A DNA stretch of 64,000 bases from NCBI GenBank assembly GCA_033763455.1, contig JANRKO010000074.1:32001-96000 (forward strand), written 5' to 3'. The position numbers were made by a program, and so were the translations under genes. Positions 57,324-64,000 of the stretch are shown in pieces. Position 1 is the stretch's first letter, and each line of letters begins with the position of its first letter. Source of the stretch: Polyangiaceae bacterium. GTDB taxonomy: Bacteria; Myxococcota_A; Polyangia; Polyangiales; Polyangiaceae. The notes beneath the pieces are model-generated. The model saw nothing but the letters and a program-made list of their open reading frames with translations, made no database searches and was not told where the DNA came from.

Positions 57324-58420
57324 GCCATGCCTGGCCAAGCGAACTCTTCGGCGAAGCTTCGACCACGCCGCGCCTGAAGGTCGTCCCCATCTGCGGTCAA
57401 AAGCGAACGCAGATGAAGTGCCGTGGTTTCTGCGTCTGTCGCCAATCGGTAATCTTGCCCTGCCGTAAGTGAGAAACCCCGCACAGCAACCTCAGTGGCA
57501 ACGAGCGGAAGCCCACTGGCTAGGGCCTCCAAGATCTTGAGTGAGGAGCCGGCGCCTTGAGAAAGGGGCATCGCACACACCCTGGCTTGCTCAAGATACG
57601 GAGCTACAGAATGCACTCTGCCGGTGACCTCCACGCGCTCGGATTGCAACTTCAGCACTTCACGAGCCGGGTTGGCTCCACACAGGGTCAGGCGCGCCTC
57701 CGGCTTTTCGCGCCAAACACGAGGCATTACCTGCTCGGCGAGAAACCGAGCGGCTTCAATATTCGGAGGGTGGTCCATCAGCCCCACAAATAGGATTTTC
57801 TGGCTGCGGCGCTCACTTGGTGGAATGAAGCGGATCTTCGCGAGATCAACGCCATTCGGAATCAGAACGGGGGCATGTGTCGCGAACTCTGCGATGTGTG
57901 CTCGATCGGCCTCGGTAACGGCCACGATTTTCTCCGCACGCCGCCACAGAGTTCGTTCCCAAGCTTCAAGCTTTTTGAGCTCGTGGGGTCGTTGCCGCTT
58001 GCCCGTAGCCTGCCACTTGGCGGCCACGTAGCGGCTCTCAATATTGTGCTCGTCGAGAAGGAGTGGAGCCTTCAAGTCGAAAGCCAATCCGGCCGCATGG
58101 CTATGCTCGGCGACCAAGAGATCAAATGGTCCTTCTCGCTCCACGGCACGCTTCCAGCCCCTTGGCGAACCACGCAGCACGCGGGTGGGCAGCTTCAGCC
58201 ATGGCCAAATCGGCTGCAGGCGTTGTGTTACGTAGACAGACGCAAACGTTTGAAGCTCCGCTGCTGAAGCGGCTTCGGCTCGTTCTTTCTTACCTGCCTG
58301 GGCGAACAGGTGTACCTCCCCTACTTCACTCAGGCCGCGTGCCAATTCCGAGATGCGGATCCGGCCACCTGTAAATGCTGGTGCTGGGAGATACGGGGTA
58401 AAAAGGGCTATTTTGGCCAC
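57257..58420 (-). CDS. Glycosyltransferase family 4
   Basis: DEHNIES, PNGVD, FVG.MD..PN, G.GSSLKILEALASGLP. Confidence 0.9.
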   Translation of the reverse strand: MAKIALFTPYLPAPAFTGGRIRISELARGLSEVGEVHLFAQAGKKERAEAASAAELQTFASVYVTQRLQPIWPWLKLPTRVLRGSPRGWKRAVEREGPFDLLVAEHSHAAGLAFDLKAPLLLDEHNIESRYVAAKWQATGKRQRPHELKKLEAWERTLWRRAEKIVAVTEADRAHIAEFATHAPVLIPNGVDLAKIRFIPPSERRSQKILFVGLMDHPPNIEAARFLAEQVMPRVWREKPEARLTLCGANPAREVLKLQSERVEVTGRVHSVAPYLEQARVCAMPLSQGAGSSLKILEALASGLPLVATEVAVRGFSLTAGQDYRLATDAETTALHLRSLLTADGDDLQARRGRSFAEEFAWPGMAQRFAGLASELLPSVLQQRKPR

Positions 58421-58435
58421 AGTGAGCTCGAAGGT

Positions 58436-59521
58436 CTACAGCGTTAGCAGCTTCCGATAAGCCTCGACGGTGGCTTGGCCCACGCCCTCTGGGGAAAGTG
58501 GCCCCAAGTGTTGTCCTAGCGTCCGCTCAGGCAACGATTCGGCCTGTTTGAGCGCCAGCGCCAGCTGCTCCGGGCCGAGCCTTCCCTCGTAGAGCTTCAC
58601 CCAAGCGTCGCCCACCAAATGTTCCAGATCTTCGGCCGCCCCCAACCGCGGCATCAGCACCGGGCGATCAAATGTGAGCCCCAATACGGCCGAGCCTGAG
58701 TTCAGGATCTCCTGAAATGGCAGCACCACCAGGTTGGCGGCTCGCAGATACGTTTGGAGATCCACGTCTTTCACGTGCCCCGCGTATAGAAGGATGCGGG
58801 TGTCGGATTGGGCGGCGGCCTTCAGTTGTTGCCACAGAAGGGCTGTTCGTGGTTGCCCTGCTATCACGAGCCGCAGATTATCTCCCGGCAAGCTGTGAAA
58901 TGCGTGAATCAGCTCGGGCACGTTCTTGTAGTTTGCGATGGTGCCAACAAATAAGAGCACGCGTGCCGCACCTGGGAGGTTGAGGGTTGTACGCGCTTGC
59001 TCCCGCGTGACACTGTCCGGGTAGCAGCCACGATAGTGCGGGTGCGGGACCACGAAACCCGCTTTTTGCGCGAGCTCTGGGAAGCGTTCAAGTGCAGCCC
59101 TCTTGCCGGCCGGGGTGAGCAAGAAATAGCCGTCCAGCTTTGGGATAAAGGCTCGCCAAAACTCAGCTTCTTGCCGTGGGTAGCGGCGGTCGTGCGCCCG
59201 TAGATTGTGCACGGTCCACACGAGCTTCGCGCCCCGCTGCTTCTGGCGCCTCATGGCGAGGAGCAGCGCTCCGGTTGTTAGCTTGGCGGACAGCAGCCCG
59301 TGGTTGAATACGGACTCGGGCCAGTGAATGTGAAAGATGTCGTAGCGCCCCAGGAGGGCCCGCGCCGGGCTGTAGCTCTCCACCGTGGCACCGGCCTTTC
59401 GAACCTCTTGGTACAGCAGGTTCGTGTAGGGGTTGAGCTTCGATGAGGCGGGACGCGCCAGGACGGCAATGGTGCGCGCTTGGGACTCGCTGGACGAAGA
59501 CAAGGCCGAGGAAGCTAGCAT
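58436..59521 (-). CDS. Glycosyltransferase family 4-like
   Basis: NPYT.LL, HIHWPE, WTVHN, G.I..YKNV..L, VLPF..ILNSGS. Confidence 0.88.
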   Translation of the reverse strand: MLASSALSSSSESQARTIAVLARPASSKLNPYTNLLYQEVRKAGATVESYSPARALLGRYDIFHIHWPESVFNHGLLSAKLTTGALLLAMRRQKQRGAKLVWTVHNLRAHDRRYPRQEAEFWRAFIPKLDGYFLLTPAGKRAALERFPELAQKAGFVVPHPHYRGCYPDSVTREQARTTLNLPGAARVLLFVGTIANYKNVPELIHAFHSLPGDNLRLVIAGQPRTALLWQQLKAAAQSDTRILLYAGHVKDVDLQTYLRAANLVVLPFQEILNSGSAVLGLTFDRPVLMPRLGAAEDLEHLVGDAWVKLYEGRLGPEQLALALKQAESLPERTLGQHLGPLSPEGVGQATVEAYRKLLTL

Positions 59522-59602
59522 GGGCGAGAGGACGTCGCTAGCATCCAGCCTTCGAAGAGAACCGATTCCCACTTTGCGCGCGCCACACGTTTTTACCGGA
59601 CG

Positions 59603-60541
59603 ATGATACCTCTCGTTGCACACTTTATTTGGATTGGAAGTTCGCTGCCATATACGCACCTTATTGCGCTGCGGTCAGCCGCGCGATCGGGCGGATTTTC
59701 CCAAGTAATTTTGCATCACACGCACGATTTTACGGAGGGAGAAGTGTGGCTGGCGCTAAAGAGTGAGCCAAAAGTTGTGATGCGGCGGCTTGAGTTGGAG
59801 CAACGCGTGAGAGCGGTTGAGTCGCGTTTCGGTTTGCTCGGTCGCTTTCAGCAGCTTTCCCAACCCGCAGCACTTGCAAACGTAGTGCGTGCCATCATTC
59901 TTTGGGAAGAAGGGGGCGTATATTTGGATCTTGATACTATAACGATCAAAAGCTTTGCACCTCTTTGCCAAGAGGCGAGCTTCTTCTGCGGAGTTGAGCG
60001 CTTGGTGTTTCCTGCAGCGGTGCGCGGCTCTAGGAGTCCCTTCGTGCATGGCCAGGCACTCTTTCGCACGGCACTGCGCGACGGGTTGCGGCGGCTACCT
60101 AGTGGCTGGCGGTGGTTTAAACGGGTGGCAGGGCTGTACCCAGTAGCTGCAAATAACGCCGTAATGGGAGCCGAGGCGAAGCATCCGTTTCTCGAGCACC
60201 TACTTGCAAACATGGCGGCACTTTCCGATGTCGAGTGGCAGCGGCGGTTTCGGCTAGGCACCCACTTGCTGCAGCGTTCGTTGGGCACCTATGCGGGAAA
60301 GGACGCAACGGTGTTGCTTCCGGAAGCGTTTTATCCCCTTGGCCCAGAGATCAGCGAACATTGGTTCCGTTCTCAGAGGCCCCTAGCGCTTTCTGAGATG
60401 CTCGATGATTCCACGCTGTCGGTGCATTGGTACGCTTCGGTACGAACTGCGAACTACACGCGCGACATCACTGCCGAATCGATACGTAGAGACGCTGGCC
60501 ACCAGCCTTATGCTGCTCTGGCTGAGCCTTTCATCGAATGA
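59603..60541 (+). CDS. DXD-motif glycosyltransferase (GT32-like)
   Basis: MIP...HFIW.G, VR..IL..EGGVYLDLD, NNAV. Confidence 0.85.
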   Translation: MIPLVAHFIWIGSSLPYTHLIALRSAARSGGFSQVILHHTHDFTEGEVWLALKSEPKVVMRRLELEQRVRAVESRFGLLGRFQQLSQPAALANVVRAIILWEEGGVYLDLDTITIKSFAPLCQEASFFCGVERLVFPAAVRGSRSPFVHGQALFRTALRDGLRRLPSGWRWFKRVAGLYPVAANNAVMGAEAKHPFLEHLLANMAALSDVEWQRRFRLGTHLLQRSLGTYAGKDATVLLPEAFYPLGPEISEHWFRSQRPLALSEMLDDSTLSVHWYASVRTANYTRDITAESIRRDAGHQPYAALAEPFIE

Positions 60542-60545
60542 GAGC

Positions 60546-62048
60546 TCAGATGGCGAGCGGCTGCACTTGGAGCTTAGGCTTCGAGCCGCTTGGTGGCATT
60601 TCCGTTACGCGCGGCAACTCGCTCCACACCGGCTGTCTAATGCTAGCTAGGTCCATCGCCGAAGGTGGGCGGAGGCAGCCGCCAAGCGCCAACAGCCCGT
60701 GCACGACACTCATGCTGACCAGGCTTCCCAAGCCGCTCTTAGCCGCACTTTGCGCTGATTCGCGCTCCAGGTGCTCGCGGGCCGAGGCGAAGGCTTCGTA
60801 GTAAGCCTGAATGCCTCGCTCCGGGTGCCGAAGATGGCGCACCAGCTGCGAGGCTTGCTGCCCAAGCTGTACGCGTAGGGCCGGGTCGCGAAGCAGCCGC
60901 AGTACGGCGTTGGCGAAGCGCCAATTGGCTTCCTCGACGTTCTGCCCATTGGGGATCAATACTCCGTTTCGATCGGTCTGAACCTGTTCGCTCACACCCA
61001 TGTTGTCGGCGAGAGCAACTACAGGTAATCCGCACCACATGGCCTCGCTCACAACCTGCCCGTAGGTCTCGGAGAGCGAGGTGTACACGAAGAGGTCTGC
61101 GTGTTGATAATAGAGGGGCACCTCGGTGAGCGGCTTCTCGCCCAGGAAAAGCGTGCGGTCGGCAACGCCAAGCTTGGCGGCGTGCGCCTTGAAGGCTCCG
61201 TGATCTGGCCCGTCTCCGATGAGCGTGAGGGTCGCGTCCGGGCAGGCTACTGCAACCAACGAGGCAAAGATGTTGAGGAGCCGTTCGACTTCCTTTTCGC
61301 GCGTGTGGCGGCACACCACGAGCAACCGATAGCCGCGCTTCATGTGTGCGGGGTAAGGATCTACGGTCGTAGTGAGGTTGAAGATCTTGGGATCTACACT
61401 GCGCGGAATTACGTGGATGGGGCAGCGCACGCCCAGCTCTTCCCAGTAGCGCTTAAGCCCGGAAGAGAGCACCACGACGCCATCGGTCTGATTGTAGAGT
61501 GCGGCGTTTTGCCGCTGTGCCCACGGCACGATGCTTTCGGAAAGGGCGCGCTGCAGCAACGGCTGCTTTCGCAACGAGTCGGGCAAGATGACGTTTGCCA
61601 CGGAAGGAAGGTGAACGGTGTTGACGCACAACATCGGCACGCGGTGCTTCTGACGGAGCCAAACCCCAAGCTCGGTGAGCCGAGAGCCACTCTGAGCCAG
61701 GACCATATCAAAATTCTCCTGGGCGACGCGGGCTAGCGCCTTCTGGCCAGGAAACGGCAGGTACACGCCGGGATGAAAGCGTAAGGGCACGCTGGGCAGG
61801 GAGATGTGTCGCGCCGGAAGCTCTTCAGGCCGGGCCGTCGGGTCGTGGGGGCCAACTACGGTTGTCTCGTGGCCACGCCGGGCAAACTCGCGATACAGCA
61901 TCTGCGAGGCAAACGAAGACCCGTTGGCGTAAGGGACACGCACGTAATCGTTGAGGATAGCGATCTTGCGGGGCCACTCGTCGTGCCCTTGGGTTCGCTC
62001 GCTGGACGGATACGTATTCGAAGAATAAGGGAAAGTTGGAGCGTTCAT
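60546..62048 (-). CDS. Glycosyltransferase family 4
   Basis: R...EK, IGDGP, ADLFVY.S.SETYGQV.SEAM..GLPVVA. Confidence 0.9.
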   Translation of the reverse strand: MNAPTFPYSSNTYPSSERTQGHDEWPRKIAILNDYVRVPYANGSSFASQMLYREFARRGHETTVVGPHDPTARPEELPARHISLPSVPLRFHPGVYLPFPGQKALARVAQENFDMVLAQSGSRLTELGVWLRQKHRVPMLCVNTVHLPSVANVILPDSLRKQPLLQRALSESIVPWAQRQNAALYNQTDGVVVLSSGLKRYWEELGVRCPIHVIPRSVDPKIFNLTTTVDPYPAHMKRGYRLLVVCRHTREKEVERLLNIFASLVAVACPDATLTLIGDGPDHGAFKAHAAKLGVADRTLFLGEKPLTEVPLYYQHADLFVYTSLSETYGQVVSEAMWCGLPVVALADNMGVSEQVQTDRNGVLIPNGQNVEEANWRFANAVLRLLRDPALRVQLGQQASQLVRHLRHPERGIQAYYEAFASAREHLERESAQSAAKSGLGSLVSMSVVHGLLALGGCLRPPSAMDLASIRQPVWSELPRVTEMPPSGSKPKLQVQPLAI

Positions 62049-62166
62049 GGCTTGCGGGAAGTTGAGGCTGCCCCCTATAGGGCGCAGGGCTTGGTGCGTG
62101 AAGGCGTCTTCCAGATCTTAAAAAGTGGCCAACTTTGGGGTTACCAGTGCTTTTCGAGCGCTTGCT

Positions 62167-62183
62167 TGCAAGGACCTGGCCAG
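62167..62183 (-). promoter_or_regulatory. Putative sigma54 promoter CTGGCCAGGTCCTTGCA
   Basis: GG-N10-GC with TTGCA, about 120 bp upstream of GT4 start. Confidence 0.5.
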
Positions 62184-62448
62184 CGGTAATCTCACGAGAA
62201 AAAGAGCATGTTGCCGAGAGTTCTCCACTTCGCCGCCCCATACGTGTCGCCGACCAGCGACACTTTCACCGCATCTGTGAATCAGGGATACAGTGGGCGG
62301 TCACGTAGGCGGTCCAGCTACAGTGTCGGCGTAGCTAGTGCCCTTCGTGGACCCGGGAGGCCAGGTGCACTTCCGGCGGAGCTGGATCTGGTCACCCCAA
62401 ACACAGGTTTAACACAGGTCTAATATCTCTAAATTATTAAGGAATCTC

Positions 62449-64000
62449 ATGAGCATCGTCGCCCAAGAACAAGCCGCGGATCGATGGCTTCGCCGCGTAA
62501 CCAACTGCGCACTTAACAAGCCCTGGCGGATCTTGATCCTCGGCGGGGTCCTTTTGCTGGTTCTCGGGGGCTTAGCCTCCCGCCTGCGAGTCAACGGTAA
62601 CTTCGTGATGCTCCTGCCTTCCAAGAGTGAGGCCGCTCAGCGATTCACCAAGACCGTCGATCGAAAGGGAGGCGCGGGCTCATCGCTCATCGTGCTGGTT
62701 ACCTCGCCAGATGCAAACTCCAATCAACGCTTCATTGATGACTTGGAGCGGCGCATTAGCGCCCTCAAGCTCAGTTCCATCCAAAGCATGGAGCACGGGC
62801 CTTTGGAGGTTCGGGCATTCTACCAGAAATGGCGGTGGCTATTTGCCCCGCTTGCTGATCTTACACGCCTTGAGTGCGAAGTCACTCAAGAGGTGGGGCG
62901 GCAAAGCCCTGGGTATTTGGGGCTAGATGAGCCGTGTGAATCGGTGTCGAAGAGCAACGGAGAAAAGTCCGCGGACCTTCCACCCGGGGAGGGTTCAGCG
63001 TTAACACGCTTGCGTCGCAAGTTTGAGCAAGAAGCGGCCAAGGCCGATCCGTTCCCAACCAACTACTACCGGACCCCCGATGGGCGTACGTACGCGCTTT
63101 TGATCCGCAGCCGTGCCGGTGGGATGGGGGAATTCTCAACGGACAGTCTTTTTTTGAAGGTCCAGGAGCTTGCTCAGGCGTTGCCGAAAAGCGCGTACCA
63201 CCGGGAATCTCAATACGGGTTCGGCGGGGATATTCCGAACGCTATCGCTGAACGTGACGCCCTCGTCGACGACATGACGATCGTGTCGACGGTTGCTATT
63301 GTGCTGATTTTAGGCGCTATTGTGATCTTCTTTCGGTCGCCGTTTGTCCTTTCGCACATCGGCCTTGCGGTTGCGATTGGCTGTTCCACGGCCTTTGCCA
63401 CTGCCTATGTAGCGTTTGGCCACCTCAATGCCGCCACAAGTTTTCTCGTCGCTATCATCGCCGGCAACGGTATCAATCCAGCGATCATGTATTTGGCGCG
63501 CTTCGTTGAATTGAAGCCTAGTCACGGATTTGCGCCAGCCGTTTTGCAGGCAGCCGTGGATACTCGAAGGGGTACATGGCTGGCCGCGCTTGCGGCCGCA
63601 GGAGCTTACGGGGCCTTGATGGTCACCAACTTCCGTGGCTTCAGCGAATTCGGCCTGATAGGGGCGGTGGGCATGCTCGCATGCTGGAGCGCCACCTTCG
63701 TGTTTTGTCCAGCGTCATTGGCGGCGGGAGAGTCCATTCGGCAGCGCTTTTCTCTGCGACGAGCCGAGGCGCACCGACAAAGCACTGGGCGAATGGAGCA
63801 TTTCGTGGCGAACCTAACTGGGCGTTACCCGGGATGGGTGATGCTCGTTGGCGTTGCCATTACGTTGGGTTTAGCTTGGCCGATTCCGGGCTACCTGGCT
63901 AACCCCTGGGAGTACAACTTCGCACGTTTGAAGAGCCGTTCCAGTTCGGATCGGGGTGCGGGATACTGGAGTGTGAAGTCGGGCCAAGTGTTCGCAAGCC
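62449..64000 (+). CDS. MMPL/RND-family transporter (partial, runs off window)
   Basis: My translation MSIVAQEQ...TM...F.MLLP...; later TM bundle with LN..TSFL..II.GNGIN, F.GFSEFG; absent from ORF track because no stop in window. Confidence 0.85.
   Translation, partial: MSIVAQEQAADRWLRRVTNCALNKPWRILILGGVLLLVLGGLASRLRVNGNFVMLLPSKSEAAQRFTKTVDRKGGAGSSLIVLVTSPDANSNQRFIDDLERRISALKLSSIQSMEHGPLEVRAFYQKWRWLFAPLADLTRLECEVTQEVGRQSPGYLGLDEPCESVSKSNGEKSADLPPGEGSALTRLRRKFEQEAAKADPFPTNYYRTPDGRTYALLIRSRAGGMGEFSTDSLFLKVQELAQALPKSAYHRESQYGFGGDIPNAIAERDALVDDMTIVSTVAIVLILGAIVIFFRSPFVLSHIGLAVAIGCSTAFATAYVAFGHLNAATSFLVAIIAGNGINPAIMYLARFVELKPSHGFAPAVLQAAVDTRRGTWLAALAAAGAYGALMVTNFRGFSEFGLIGAVGMLACWSATFVFCPASLAAGESIRQRFSLRRAEAHRQSTGRMEHFVANLTGRYPGWVMLVGVAITLGLAWPIPGYLANPWEYNFARLKSRSSSDRGAGYWSVKSGQVFAS

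Overview
GC-rich bacterial chromosome segment. Gene content (Ser/Thr kinase, ECF sigma/anti-sigma module, DUF1592/DUF1552 pairs, Cys-rich lipoproteins, FGE-like proteins) points to a myxobacterium, probably Polyangiaceae-like (inference). Core genes (ychJ-like, mpl, prmC, PMM/PGM, pilD, pheT, GldA/F/G-like ABC system, fliO/fliP-like pair, priA, Slt, CorC/HlyC, infA, glycosyltransferases, partial MMPL) are interrupted by two accessory blocks. The first (~12.7-17.0 kb) holds an ECF module and a Phd-PIN toxin-antitoxin (TA) pair. The second (~35.8-52.5 kb) holds a defence-island-like stretch: RHH-PIN TA, IS91 fragment, an unknown protein with a PD-(D/E)XK-like tail, an AlbA_2/HATPase protein with 22-bp poly-G repeats, and a frameshifted DUF2971-like gene. 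It also holds two convergent DUF1592-DUF1552 operons around an AraC gene, and these share a matching tandem-repeat promoter architecture. Other notable features: an L,D-transpeptidase homolog lacking the catalytic Cys, an 8x21-bp intergenic array, a recurrent CTTAGCATGCTAAG palindrome and two sigma54-type promoters. No rRNA, tRNA or CRISPR array was recognised. All family calls come from motif recognition by eye, not database searches.
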